NCBI GenBank assembly: GCA_963676565.1
Contig: OY781089.1
Coordinates: 2,080,001-2,144,000 of the forward strand
DNA: 64,000 nt
From: Halarcobacter sp.
GTDB taxonomy: Bacteria > Campylobacterota > Campylobacteria > Campylobacterales > Arcobacteraceae
Direction of reading: 5' to 3'
In this document: piece after piece, positions 26,256 to 36,764 of the stretch
Layout of the letters: each line of letters opens with the position of its first letter
Position numbering within the stretch: position 1 is the first letter of the stretch
Notes under the pieces: model-generated
Database searches by the model: none
Told to the model about the DNA's origin: nothing
Seen by the model: only the letters and a program-made list of their open reading frames with translations
Position numbers and translations under genes: made by a program

Positions 26256-29062
26256 TATTTTGTTTTATTTAAGTTATCTTTTAAATCTTGATTCTTATAT
26301 GCAAGAGCAATTGTAACGAATACACCAGCTGTAACATAATATACCCACATTGGAATAGGAACTGGATCTCCCGTTGCATATGAGTGTAGTCCTGAAAGAT
26401 AGAAGTTTACACCAAAATAAGTCATAAGAATACTACTAAATGCTAGTAATGAAGCTACTGCAAAAACAAACGGAGTATTTAATCCTTTAACAAATCTTAA
26501 GTGTACAACTAAAGCATAAATCACAATTGAAACATATGCCCATGTTTCTTTTGGATCCCATCCCCAATATCTACCCCAAGATTCATTTGCCCAAACTCCA
26601 CCTAAGAAGTTACCTATAGTAATGGCACTTAATCCAACAATTAGTGCAATTTCATTAATTGCTGTAATGTGCTTAATTGTTTCATCTAAGTGAGGTCTAC
26701 CTTTTCTAAAGATAAATAAAACTAAGGCTAAGAAACCTAAAATTGCACCAAGTCCAAAGAAACCATATGAAGCAGTTAAAATAGATACGTGAATTGTTAA
26801 CCAATATGATTTAAGAACAGGAACTAAATTTGTAATTTGTGGGTCAATAGTTGTTAAGTGAGCAGTAAACATAAAGATTGCTGCAACAATTACACCTGCA
26901 CTTAATGCAAGTAAAGATTTTCTAAAGAAAACAACTGCTGCAAAAACTGCTGACCATGAAATATACAACAATGATTCATATGTATCTGACCAAGGTGCGT
27001 GTCCTGATATAATCCATCTAAATCCCATCCCAAATGTGTGAGCTGCAAATAAAAGTCCTAAAATAATAAAGAAAAATAAAGTTGTTTTTCTAGGTTTGAT
27101 TTTTGGGTTAAATACCACAATAAAGGCAGCAATTAATATAATGAATCCTAAGAAAAGGTAAGCTAGTGTTAATTTAGGAAAAATATTTAATTTATTAAAC
27201 ATAATCTCATTATCAATTTCACTTTGTTTTGGCATTACTTCAGAGCCAACTTGTGACTGGTAATCAATTATCATACTAATAAACTTATTAGCTAACTCAA
27301 AATTTTCAGAACCAACTGAGTTAACAAAACCTCTTATTAAAGATTCAATTGCTTTTTGATTATCACCTTTGAATGTTCTAATTGCATCAAGTGGTGAATA
27401 CCATGTGTTATTATCATTTGCTCCTACTTGTGGGAACATTTTAAATAATGTACCATTATAAACCATATATGCAATATTTAATTTTTCATCTAGTTTAATA
27501 ATATCTTTTTCAAAAGTTCCCCTTTGATTTGGAGATAACATAGCTGCTTTTTGTGCATGTTCTGTTAATATATATTTACCATCTTTAAATACTTGAGAAA
27601 AAGATATATATTTTTGATTAGCATCAATTCCCAAAATCTTTTTTAGTTTTGGTGTTTTAATTTTAATCATAGCAATATTTCTCCAAACCTCAGGTCTTGT
27701 CAACATACCTAAAACAATTTGGTCTGAATTCATACCAAATAAAGAGCTTTTTCCAGAAAGTTTATTTAAAATATCATGATTTAATGTATTAAGTGGTTTC
27801 ATTCTACCACCATTACTTTGTACTACAATTCTTGAAAACTTCTCAGCTGTTACTTCAGTTTTATTTTTAAAATTTTCTAAATAAGTGGCAACATTATTTT
27901 GAGAATTTTTAATATCTAAGCCGTGGTTATTTGTTTCTTCTGCCATAAGGTTTTGAGAAGAAAAAGTAAAGAATAGTGCAGTAAGAATTGCAGCTACATT
28001 TTTACTACTTACATATTTAGTTAGTTTCCAGAATCTTGATTTTTTATCAAAAAGGTTTAAAACTAATCCAAGTGTTAATAAAAAGTATCCTAAATATGTA
28101 GGCCACTTTCCTGGGTCATTATTTACTGACAAAATTGTTCCTTGTTCATCTTGGTCATAAGAACTTTGGAAAAATAAAAAGTTTCCTTCATGTAAAGTTC
28201 TATTCATAAATATTCTATAATCATAAGACTTGTCATTTTTTATAACAGTAACTTCTGATGCGTAAGAAGAGGGTGCCATACTTCCAGGATATCTATCAAG
28301 TTGGAAGTCTCTAAGTTTGATTGAAAATGGTAGTTCTAGCGTTTTTGAACCATATTCTAAAGCAATAACTGTGTCTTTAAAACCTTCAATTTTCTCAACA
28401 CCTGTTTGACCTCTTTTCCCTGGTAATCTAACTGTTCTTGTTTCTCCATCTAAAGTAACATCAACAATTAAAATACCCATTTCAGCTCGGCCTTTTTTAC
28501 TTACAATGTAATCTACATATTTTATATTTAAGTTTTTACCATCAAATTTAATATCATGATTAAACTTATTAGCTAGTTGTCCTAATGTTGCTACAACTCC
28601 AACTGTTTCACCAGCTTCCATACCTTTTCTTAAGCTTGAAGCAGCAAATTCATGTTGGTATTCTTTGTAATAACTTTTATCTTTTTGTTTGATTTTTACT
28701 TGTAAATAAGGTTCTAATGAAATCATTCTATTTTCAGTTTGACCTTCTCTGATATGAACAATCCCTTCATAACCAATATATCTAGTAACAGCTGCACCTA
28801 TTAAAATAACTACAAACGATGCGTGAAAAATAAATCTTGGTGTATTTTTCCACATTTTAAATTTAATAATAATACATATTAAATTTACTGTCATTAAAAC
28901 TAAAGCAGTTTCGTACCAAATGTTGTTATATACAAGTACTCTTGCTGTAGAAGTACCATAATCATTCTCAATGAATGTTGCAACACCTGCCCCTACAGCG
29001 AGTATTGCGAATAAAATCAGTGTTGTCTTAAAGGAAAATAAGACATTTGTCAGCGCTTTCAA
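26255..29062 (-). CDS. ccsBA: Fused system II cytochrome c synthase CcsBA
   Basis: ResB-like N-terminal half (FHASF); WWD motif WANESWGRYWGWDPKETW; GVNFYLSGLHSY. Confidence 0.92.
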   Translation of the reverse strand: MKALTNVLFSFKTTLILFAILAVGAGVATFIENDYGTSTARVLVYNNIWYETALVLMTVNLICIIIKFKMWKNTPRFIFHASFVVILIGAAVTRYIGYEGIVHIREGQTENRMISLEPYLQVKIKQKDKSYYKEYQHEFAASSLRKGMEAGETVGVVATLGQLANKFNHDIKFDGKNLNIKYVDYIVSKKGRAEMGILIVDVTLDGETRTVRLPGKRGQTGVEKIEGFKDTVIALEYGSKTLELPFSIKLRDFQLDRYPGSMAPSSYASEVTVIKNDKSYDYRIFMNRTLHEGNFLFFQSSYDQDEQGTILSVNNDPGKWPTYLGYFLLTLGLVLNLFDKKSRFWKLTKYVSSKNVAAILTALFFTFSSQNLMAEETNNHGLDIKNSQNNVATYLENFKNKTEVTAEKFSRIVVQSNGGRMKPLNTLNHDILNKLSGKSSLFGMNSDQIVLGMLTRPEVWRNIAMIKIKTPKLKKILGIDANQKYISFSQVFKDGKYILTEHAQKAAMLSPNQRGTFEKDIIKLDEKLNIAYMVYNGTLFKMFPQVGANDNNTWYSPLDAIRTFKGDNQKAIESLIRGFVNSVGSENFELANKFISMIIDYQSQVGSEVMPKQSEIDNEIMFNKLNIFPKLTLAYLFLGFIILIAAFIVVFNPKIKPRKTTLFFFIILGLLFAAHTFGMGFRWIISGHAPWSDTYESLLYISWSAVFAAVVFFRKSLLALSAGVIVAAIFMFTAHLTTIDPQITNLVPVLKSYWLTIHVSILTASYGFFGLGAILGFLALVLFIFRKGRPHLDETIKHITAINEIALIVGLSAITIGNFLGGVWANESWGRYWGWDPKETWAYVSIVIYALVVHLRFVKGLNTPFVFAVASLLAFSSILMTYFGVNFYLSGLHSYATGDPVPIPMWVYYVTAGVFVTIALAYKNQDLKDNLNKTK

Positions 29063-29200
29063 TTGTTGTCCTTTGTGTTTGTAAAAAATTCATAAATTAT
29101 ACAGTTGTAACATGGACTTTACGTGTAGAGTTCTACATAAATGTAAGATAAAACCATTAAACTTAAGTGATTTAAATATTTACTTTACTATAATTCCCAA

Positions 29201-30115
29201 ATGGATTTAGATATATTAAAAAAGAAAAAAGACGAATGTCGAAAATGGAAAAATGTAGAACCTTGGTATAACCAACTTCTAAAAGTTTCTGATTTAGAGA
29301 TTAAAAACCCAAAAATTGATTATGGTGATTGGTTTACAGTAGGGAAAAGAGAAAACTTAACGGATACAGAGTTTGCCTTACTTGAAGAAACTGCCAAAAA
29401 ACTTATTCCTTGGAGAAAAGGACCTTTTAATCTATTTGGTTTAGAAATAGATAGTGAATGGCAAAGTAATATTAAATACAATCTTATAAGACCACATTTT
29501 AATTTAAAAGATAAAGTTGTAGCTGATATTGGGTGTAATAATGGTTATTATATGTTTAGAATGCTTGAAGATAAACCAAAAAGACTAATTGGTTTTGATC
29601 CTAGTGCTTTAACTTTACATCAATTTGAATTTATAAACCATTTTGTAAAATCAGATATAATTTATGAGATGTTGGGAGTTGAACATTTAGAATACTATAA
29701 TCATAAATTTGATTTTATTTTTATGCTTGGTGTTTTATACCATAGACCAGATCCCGTTGGAACATTAAAATCTCTTGCTAGGGGTTTAAATTCTAAAGGT
29801 GAAATTTTAATTGATACTTTTATGATTGATGGAGAAGATGAGATTTGTTTAACACCTAATAAGAGGTATTCAAAAATTCCTAATATCTATTTTATACCTA
29901 CAATTTCTGCTTTGACAAATTGGCTTAGTCGTGCTGGTTTTGAGAATATAGAAGTTATTGCTACAACTACTACAACTAGTGAAGAACAAAGAAAAACTTC
30001 ATGGTCTTTTGATCAAAGTTTAGAAGACTTTTTAGATCCAAATGATAGAAATAAAACAGTTGAAGGGTATCCAGCTCCAAAAAGAGTTTATATGAAAGCT
30101 AGAAAGATACAATAA
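29201..30115 (+). CDS. cmoB: tRNA U34 carboxymethyltransferase
   Basis: PWRKGPF, IDSEWQS, DIGCNNGY, GVLYHR and TVEGYPAPKR motifs. Confidence 0.93.
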   Translation: MDLDILKKKKDECRKWKNVEPWYNQLLKVSDLEIKNPKIDYGDWFTVGKRENLTDTEFALLEETAKKLIPWRKGPFNLFGLEIDSEWQSNIKYNLIRPHFNLKDKVVADIGCNNGYYMFRMLEDKPKRLIGFDPSALTLHQFEFINHFVKSDIIYEMLGVEHLEYYNHKFDFIFMLGVLYHRPDPVGTLKSLARGLNSKGEILIDTFMIDGEDEICLTPNKRYSKIPNIYFIPTISALTNWLSRAGFENIEVIATTTTTSEEQRKTSWSFDQSLEDFLDPNDRNKTVEGYPAPKRVYMKARKIQ

Positions 30116-30116
30116 T

Positions 30117-31091
30117 TTAGAATAAGTCTATTGTATCTTCAGGGCTTAAATCTTTATAGTTAAAATATTGACTTCTCCCTTTATTTTTTGCTTCATAAAG
30201 CGCAATATCAGCATTTTTTATTGTTTTATCAATGGTGTCATCAATTTGATCTCTTTTGAATACATCAACACCAACACAAACAGTTTTTTGTAAAAATTGT
30301 CCATTATCATGAACGGGTACTTTTACTTTACTAAAATCATCTATAATATTTTTACCAATTTTTTCAATATCATGTTCATTATTAGTACTTAACATTGATA
30401 TTAAAAATTCATCACCGGCAAGTCTTGCTACCATATCAAATTCAGAAATATTTGTGTGTATGATTTTTGCTAATTCAACTAAAACATGATCCCCTATATC
30501 GTGGTCAAATTCATCAATAATAGCTTTAAAATGGTCAACGCCAACCATAATAAAATAGATTTGTGTATAATCTTTTTTTGATAATTGAATTTGTTTGTTT
30601 AAGTTTTCAATCAAATAATGTCTATTGTAAACTTTTGTAACAGAATCTAAAGATAAAGTTTCTATAAAATTTTTCTTTATTATTCCATTTTGTAATATAG
30701 GGGAAATTTGAAATAATGCAGCTTCTATAACTTTATATTGTTGTGAAAGAACTTCGTGGTGTACTTTTGATGTAGCACTAAATGATACAATTGCATTTAA
30801 ATTAGTGTGAGTGTTTATTATAAAGAAGAAAGATAATTCATCATCTAAATAAAATTCATCACCTTCGATAAATATATTTTCTTTATTATTTCTTTCTATA
30901 TCAAACAATGAAAAGGTTACATTATCTACATTAAAATTTGTATGTAACCAAAGATATATATCCTCTGCCATTTGCTTTATATTTGAAGAATATTGAAGTT
31001 GATCATATAAATTATAAATTTTTTCAAGAGCTTCATATGAGTCTTTATTATTTGCCGCTTCTTTAATTAGTTCTAAAATATTATTTCTCAT
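30117..31091 (-). CDS. Degenerate GGDEF-domain protein (AGDEF)
   Basis: DSVTKVYNR, VGVDHFKAIIDEFDHDIGD, RLAGDEF and ADIALYEAK. Confidence 0.85.
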   Translation of the reverse strand: MRNNILELIKEAANNKDSYEALEKIYNLYDQLQYSSNIKQMAEDIYLWLHTNFNVDNVTFSLFDIERNNKENIFIEGDEFYLDDELSFFFIINTHTNLNAIVSFSATSKVHHEVLSQQYKVIEAALFQISPILQNGIIKKNFIETLSLDSVTKVYNRHYLIENLNKQIQLSKKDYTQIYFIMVGVDHFKAIIDEFDHDIGDHVLVELAKIIHTNISEFDMVARLAGDEFLISMLSTNNEHDIEKIGKNIIDDFSKVKVPVHDNGQFLQKTVCVGVDVFKRDQIDDTIDKTIKNADIALYEAKNKGRSQYFNYKDLSPEDTIDLF

Positions 31092-31099
31092 TTTCTTCC

Positions 31100-31969
31100 T
31101 TAAAATAACTCAATTGAATTATCGTTTTTCTTGAATTTGTAAAATTGACCTCTACCTAAGTTCTTCGCTTCATATAAAGCAATGTCTATAGACCTTAGTA
31201 TATCGCTGATTCTTTCTGCATCATCGGGGCAAATCAAAATACCTGTACATATTGTTTTCATTAAAGATTGTTTTGTATCTTCATTGATTATAACCTTTGC
31301 TTCCTTAAAATTATTTATTAACTTTTTAGCAATCATTATAGCATTATTTTCATTATGTATATTATGTAGTATAACTAAAAATTCATCAGAATCAAACCTT
31401 GCTATTAAATCTGACTCCCTAACACTATTTTTTAATATGTTAGAAAGTTCTTTTATAACTTCATCTCCAATTTCATAATCAAACTCATCTACAACAGCTT
31501 TGAAGTGATCTATTCCAATTTTTAAAAAAGCTAACTTTTTATTTTCTCTATTTACAAGGGGTAATATTGTTCTTAAATACTCATAAACATAATTTCTATT
31601 ATAAAGGCTTGTCAAAGGATCTTTCATAATAGTTTCTTCAAGTTTTTGTTCTAAAAACTTTGCATAAAGGGTTTGGGATAAAATACTAAAGATTTTTCTC
31701 AAATCATCATCATATTTAGTCTTTGATATATAATTGATTATTAAATCATCATCTTTATTTATTTTTACACTAATACAATTACTTTCTTTTTCTTCAACTA
31801 TATTTGTAAAGATGATTTTATTTTTTATTGCAATTGAAAAATTTTCTATTAAAAATAGATCTTTTAAAGCAATAGAGATATGATTGATTATTTCATCAAA
31901 ACTATTAATACAGATTAAATCTTCGTTTAATTTAATAAATGATTTTAAATTTTTATCTAAACTATTCAT
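31100..31969 (-). CDS. Degenerate GGDEF-domain protein (DSDEF) with RxxD site
   Basis: DPLTSLYNR, IGIDHFKAVVDEFDYEIGD, RESD and RFDSDEF. Confidence 0.85.
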   Translation of the reverse strand: MNSLDKNLKSFIKLNEDLICINSFDEIINHISIALKDLFLIENFSIAIKNKIIFTNIVEEKESNCISVKINKDDDLIINYISKTKYDDDLRKIFSILSQTLYAKFLEQKLEETIMKDPLTSLYNRNYVYEYLRTILPLVNRENKKLAFLKIGIDHFKAVVDEFDYEIGDEVIKELSNILKNSVRESDLIARFDSDEFLVILHNIHNENNAIMIAKKLINNFKEAKVIINEDTKQSLMKTICTGILICPDDAERISDILRSIDIALYEAKNLGRGQFYKFKKNDNSIELF

Positions 31970-31976
31970 ATTTCTC

Positions 31977-32570
31977 CTATAAATAGTTTTTCCAGTTTTC
32001 TAAAGAACTTCTTTCTGCATTTAATGATGTAGAAGAACCATGACCTGGGAAAATTCTAATATTTCTATCCCATTTTAAAACTTTATCAATACTCTCTTTC
32101 ATGCTTTGGGGACTTGAAAAAGGAAAATCTGTTCTGCCAATTGAATTTTGAAAAATAAAATCTCCAGAAAATAGATTATCATCAATCTCAATTGCAGAAC
32201 AACCTGGCGTGTGACCTGGGAAATGGTGAAATTTTACTTTAACTCCATCAAAATCAAACTCTTCATCGGGTTCAACTAATACATCTGCACTTGATGGTGT
32301 CATTCCAAATCCATAGGGATCTTTTTGTAACATAAAGTTATCATCTTTTGGAGTATAGATTTTTAAACCTAACTCTTCACTAACTTGCTTGTTAGACCAC
32401 ACATGATCAAAATGGCCATGTGTATTTAAAATCGCAACTGGATTTGTAACATTAGCCTTTACCCAATTAGTTGCTCCCACTCCTGGGTCTATAATAAAAT
32501 CTTTATTATCAACACTTATTATGTAACAATTAGTTTGGTAATCTCCCATAGGCTGTATTTTAATTCCCAT
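31977..32570 (-). CDS. Metallo-beta-lactamase-fold hydrolase (glyoxalase II/YcbL-like)
   Basis: THGHFDH, PGHTPG, SGD, GRTD and PGHG motifs. Confidence 0.9.
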   Translation of the reverse strand: MGIKIQPMGDYQTNCYIISVDNKDFIIDPGVGATNWVKANVTNPVAILNTHGHFDHVWSNKQVSEELGLKIYTPKDDNFMLQKDPYGFGMTPSSADVLVEPDEEFDFDGVKVKFHHFPGHTPGCSAIEIDDNLFSGDFIFQNSIGRTDFPFSSPQSMKESIDKVLKWDRNIRIFPGHGSSTSLNAERSSLENWKNYL

Positions 32571-32640
32571 ATTTTTCCCTATAAATTTTAACTTTCATTT
32601 TGTTATTATAGTATATATTATTAAGGCTGTAAGGAAGTTT

Positions 32641-33459
32641 ATGAATTATTATGAATCATTAGAAAAAGTGATATTATCAAAGAATCCTAAGGATAAGATT
32701 GATCTTTTTGAACAGTTTTATAAAAATTATAAAGAAAAAAAATTATATTTTGAAAATACATATGTACCATATGACTTAATTAAGCCTTCATACAATGATA
32801 TTTTAAAGATAGTTCTACCTAAAGAAGTTAAAAAAACTAAATATGTAAACACTAAAGAGGGTAAGATAATTTTACTTCATACCATTGCACATATAGAATA
32901 TTCTGCAATTGATATGGCCTTAGATGCTGCTCTAAGATTTAAAAATATGCCAATAGAGTATTATGAAGATTGGTTAGAAGTTGCTCAAGATGAGATAAGA
33001 CATTTTTTAATGCTAGAAAAATTATTAATTGAACTTGATTCATATTTTGGTGATTTAGAAGTTCATACGAATTTATTCGAAGCTCTTAAAAAAACTCCAG
33101 ATATTCTTTCGAGAATGGCAATTGTACCAAGGTATCTAGAAGCAAATGGTTTAGAACAGAATCCGAAAATTATGGAAAAATTAAAATCAAACCCCGATGA
33201 GTTTAATGAGAAAATAATTGATGCTTTAGAGATAATTTTAGAAGAAGAGGTTGATCATGTATCTAAAGGGGATAGATGGTTTAAATATCTTTGTAAAGAA
33301 AAGAATCTTGATGTTGAAACAAAATATTTTGAAATTTTAGAGAATATTTATCCAGGCTCAACAACAAAAAAATATGAATTAAATATTGAGGCTAGGAAAA
33401 AAGCAGGTTTTTCTTGCGATGAGTTGAAATTTTTATCTAAAAAAGATGATTGTAATTAA
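32641..33459 (+). CDS. Ferritin-like DUF455 family protein
   Basis: HTIAHIEYSAIDMA, DEIRHF, LEANGLE and EEVDHV diiron-type motifs. Confidence 0.85.
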   Translation: MNYYESLEKVILSKNPKDKIDLFEQFYKNYKEKKLYFENTYVPYDLIKPSYNDILKIVLPKEVKKTKYVNTKEGKIILLHTIAHIEYSAIDMALDAALRFKNMPIEYYEDWLEVAQDEIRHFLMLEKLLIELDSYFGDLEVHTNLFEALKKTPDILSRMAIVPRYLEANGLEQNPKIMEKLKSNPDEFNEKIIDALEIILEEEVDHVSKGDRWFKYLCKEKNLDVETKYFEILENIYPGSTTKKYELNIEARKKAGFSCDELKFLSKKDDCN

Positions 33460-33460
33460 T

Positions 33461-33489
33461 GATATAAAAGAGATAATCTCTTTTATATC
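33461..33489. terminator. Bidirectional terminator-like hairpin
   Basis: GATATAAAAGAGAT-A-ATCTCTTTTATATC between convergent genes. Confidence 0.7.
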
Positions 33490-33502
33490 TTAAGATTTGT
33501 AA

Positions 33503-34723
33503 TTAAAATTTTGCGTTTGGAATAGGGTGATTCTCAACTACAAAATCGATATCTTTATCTCCACGACCAGAAAGATTTATTAATATAGTTTTATCTTTTG
33601 GCAGTTGACGTGCAAGTTTCATTGCAAATCCAACTGCGTGTGCTGATTCAAGTGCAGGAATAATCCCTTCAAGTTGTGATAATTTATAAAAGGCATCAAT
33701 AGCTTCTTTATCATCACATAAACCAACTTTTGTTCTACCAATATCTTTTAAGTGGGCATGCTCAGGACCAACTGATGGGTAATCAATTCCAGAACCAATT
33801 GAATATACAGGAGCAGGCTCTCCATTTTCATCTTTAAGCATTATAGAGTTAAATCCATGCATAATTCCCTCTTCACCATAAGTTAAGGTAGCTGCATGAT
33901 CTCCAAGTTTTTCACCTCTTCCCATTGGCTCAACACCATATAAGTTTACAGAATCTTCATCAATAAAAGGTGCAAATATTCCCATGGCATTTGAACCCCC
34001 ACCTACACAAGCAACAATATTATCTGGCATTGCACCATTTTCATGTTCTGCAAATTGTTCTTTTGCCTCAATTCCAACTATACTTTGAAAATCTCTAACC
34101 ATCATAGGAAAAGGATGTGGTCCAACAACTGAGCCAATACAGTAAATGGCAGTATCAGCTTGTCCCACATAAGATTCAAAAGCAGAATCAACAGCCTCTT
34201 TTAAAGTTTTTAATCCATGGGTAGCTGGAATTACTTTAGCTCCTAGAATCTTCATTCTTACAACATTTGGATGCTCTTTTGCTATATCAACTTCACCCAT
34301 GTGTATTTCACATTCTAATCCAAAATAAGCTGCAGCTGTTGCAAGGGCAACTCCATGTTGTCCAGCTCCTGTTTCAGCAATAACTTTTTTAAAGCCCATA
34401 TGTTTTGCTAAAATAACTTCAGCCATACAATGGTTTAGTTTGTGTGCTCCAGAATGGTTTAAATCTTCTCTTTTTAAATAGATTTTTGCACCACCACAAT
34501 ATTCGGTTAAATTTTTTGCATATGAGATAGGAGTTGGTCTTCCTTGATAGTGTTTTCTAACATATTTAAGATCTTCAATAAATTTTGGATCATTTTTTAA
34601 TTCATTGTATGTTTGTGTAATTTTAGCAAAAGGTTCTTCTAGCATTGGAGGTATGAAAGATCCTCCGAATTTACCAAAAAAACCTTTTTCGTCAGGGTTA
34701 TTTTCTAGATAGTTTGATGACAT
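33503..34723 (-). CDS. trpB: Tryptophan synthase beta chain
   Basis: [12 protein letters not shown] (PLP lysine), [26 protein letters not shown] and LSGRGDKD motifs. Confidence 0.96.
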   Translation of the reverse strand: MSSNYLENNPDEKGFFGKFGGSFIPPMLEEPFAKITQTYNELKNDPKFIEDLKYVRKHYQGRPTPISYAKNLTEYCGGAKIYLKREDLNHSGAHKLNHCMAEVILAKHMGFKKVIAETGAGQHGVALATAAAYFGLECEIHMGEVDIAKEHPNVVRMKILGAKVIPATHGLKTLKEAVDSAFESYVGQADTAIYCIGSVVGPHPFPMMVRDFQSIVGIEAKEQFAEHENGAMPDNIVACVGGGSNAMGIFAPFIDEDSVNLYGVEPMGRGEKLGDHAATLTYGEEGIMHGFNSIMLKDENGEPAPVYSIGSGIDYPSVGPEHAHLKDIGRTKVGLCDDKEAIDAFYKLSQLEGIIPALESAHAVGFAMKLARQLPKDKTILINLSGRGDKDIDFVVENHPIPNAKF

Positions 34724-34814
34724 ATAATTTCCTTTTTTGTTCTTTTTAAGTGCAAAGAACTTTTAGTAAAGGAAATTATAGAAGATTATTTTTTAAATGT
34801 TACTTTTTCAGTTA

Positions 34815-35945
34815 CTATTTAAACCAGTTTTTAACTTTATCAAACATAGATTCAAAACTACTTTCGTGAGGTTTACTCTCCACACCAAAGCTTTCTTGTA
34901 GTTTTTCTAATAATTCTGTTTGTTCACTATTTAATGATTTTGGATAATTAATTTTAACTTGCACAATTAAATCCCCTTTACCATAACCTTGAACAGATTT
35001 AACCCCTTCACCATGGAATTTAAATTGCTCTTTATCTTTTGTTCCTGCAGGAATTTTTAAATCAAGTTCTCCCCTTAACCCAGGAATTTTTATCTCAGCC
35101 CCAAGGGCAACTTGTGTAAAGAAAATAGGTACTTCAAGATAGATATCATCATCATGTCTAACAAAATGAGAATCCTCTTTTACTCTAATTTGTAAGTATA
35201 AATCTCCCCTTGAACCATCTGGAGCTATATTACCTTTATTTGATACTCTGATTCTATTCCCGTCGTTTACACCTTCTGGAATATTAACTTCAAAAGTATC
35301 TTTTATTTCATCGTAACCTAAGCCATTACATGAGCTACATTTATCACCAACTGATTGGCCTGAACCATTACAGTGTGGACAAGTTTGAGCAAAGGTCATA
35401 AACCCTTGTCTCATATGAATTTGACCTTGACCTTGACAGTGTGGACATGTACTTAGTTTACCATCTTTTGCACCAGTACCCTTACAAGATTTACAGGCAT
35501 TTTTATAGCTATATTTAACCTCTTTTTGACAACCAAATACAGCTTCATTGAATTCTACTACTAATTCAACAGCAATATCTAAATTGTAGTTATAAGTTTT
35601 TCTTTCTCTTCTTCTTGAGCTTCCACCAAAGCCACCAAAACCAGAGCCACCAAACATCTCTTCAAAAATTGAACTAATATCTTCAAAGCCTCCAGAAAAG
35701 CCTCCACTACGACCATGACCTTCTAAACCAGCTTTACCATATCTATCGTAAATTTGTTTTTTCTCATCATCACTTAAAACTTGATAAGCTTCATTTACAG
35801 CCTTAAATTTTTCTTCAGCTTCAGTATCATCAGGGTTTTTGTCAGGATGATACTTCATTGCCATTTTTCTATATGCTTTTTTTATAGTACTTTTATCAGC
35901 ATCTTTAGTAACTTCTAATAATTCATAATAATCTACTTCAGTCAA
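34815..35945 (-). CDS. dnaJ: Chaperone DnaJ
   Basis: J domain with HPD; G/F-rich region; four CxxCxGxG repeats. Confidence 0.97.
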   Translation of the reverse strand: MTEVDYYELLEVTKDADKSTIKKAYRKMAMKYHPDKNPDDTEAEEKFKAVNEAYQVLSDDEKKQIYDRYGKAGLEGHGRSGGFSGGFEDISSIFEEMFGGSGFGGFGGSSRRRERKTYNYNLDIAVELVVEFNEAVFGCQKEVKYSYKNACKSCKGTGAKDGKLSTCPHCQGQGQIHMRQGFMTFAQTCPHCNGSGQSVGDKCSSCNGLGYDEIKDTFEVNIPEGVNDGNRIRVSNKGNIAPDGSRGDLYLQIRVKEDSHFVRHDDDIYLEVPIFFTQVALGAEIKIPGLRGELDLKIPAGTKDKEQFKFHGEGVKSVQGYGKGDLIVQVKINYPKSLNSEQTELLEKLQESFGVESKPHESSFESMFDKVKNWFK

Positions 35946-36020
35946 TTACTAACTCCTTATTTAATTTTTAAATTTCGCGATTTTATCTAAAAATCCATTA
36001 ATCTTTGATATAATTCGCCA

Positions 36021-36593
36021 ATGAAAAAAGGTTTAGAAAAATTTTATGATTTAGTTGATGCTTTTGAGTCTTTACCAACTATTGGGAAAAAATCAGCAAT
36101 TAGATTAGCTTATCATATTGTTATGAATGATTCTTATACGGGTATTAAAATAGCTCATTCTATAGAAAATGCTCTTAAAAATATACAAAGATGTATCAAA
36201 TGTGGCTCTATGAGTGAACATGAGATTTGTGAAGTGTGTTTGGATGATAGAAGACAAAAAAACTTAATGTGTATTGTTCAAAGTGCAAAAGACATTTTTA
36301 TTATTGAAGAGTCAAAACAATTTGATGGTTTATATTTTGTTATTGAAGATTTAGACCCTGATTCTATAGATAGACTTTTATCTTTTGTGGCTGAAAATGG
36401 TGTTAATGAGATACTTTTTGCTATTACCCCATCTTTGTCAAATGATGCATTTATTTTATTTATTGAGGATAAATTAAAAGATTTAAATATAAAATTTAAT
36501 AAAATTGCTCAAGGTGTACCAACTGGTGTAAGTTTAGAAAATGTTGATATTTTATCTTTATCAAAAGCAATTCAAAGTAAAGTAAATATTTAG
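36021..36593 (+). CDS. recR: Recombination mediator RecR
   Basis: LPTIGKKSAIRLA HhH; C4 zinc finger; Toprim ending IAQGVPTG. Confidence 0.95.
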   Translation: MKKGLEKFYDLVDAFESLPTIGKKSAIRLAYHIVMNDSYTGIKIAHSIENALKNIQRCIKCGSMSEHEICEVCLDDRRQKNLMCIVQSAKDIFIIEESKQFDGLYFVIEDLDPDSIDRLLSFVAENGVNEILFAITPSLSNDAFILFIEDKLKDLNIKFNKIAQGVPTGVSLENVDILSLSKAIQSKVNI

Positions 36594-36764
36594 ATGAACA
36601 AAATATATTGCCAAAAATGTATATATTATTATGTAACTTGGGATCAAAAAAAGCCCCATGGATGTAACGCTTATGGTTTCAAATCCCAAACAATTCCTTC
36701 TGTTGTAGTCAAAAGAAGTAGTGGAATGGACTGTTCTTTTTTTAAATTGAAGAACAATAAATGA
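36594..36764 (+). CDS. Unannotated 56-aa four-cysteine protein MNKIYCQKCIYYYVTWDQKKPHGCNAYGFKSQTIPSVVVKRSSGMDCSFFKLKNNK
   Basis: Read manually: starts directly after the recR TAG; its TGA overlaps the next ATG (ATGA at 36761-36764); CxxC...C...C pattern. Confidence 0.8.
   Translation: MNKIYCQKCIYYYVTWDQKKPHGCNAYGFKSQTIPSVVVKRSSGMDCSFFKLKNNK

Noticed and set aside
33503..34723. trpB without trpA, far from trpD
   Set aside because: Dispersed or duplicate trp genes are common in this lineage; nothing further is visible here.
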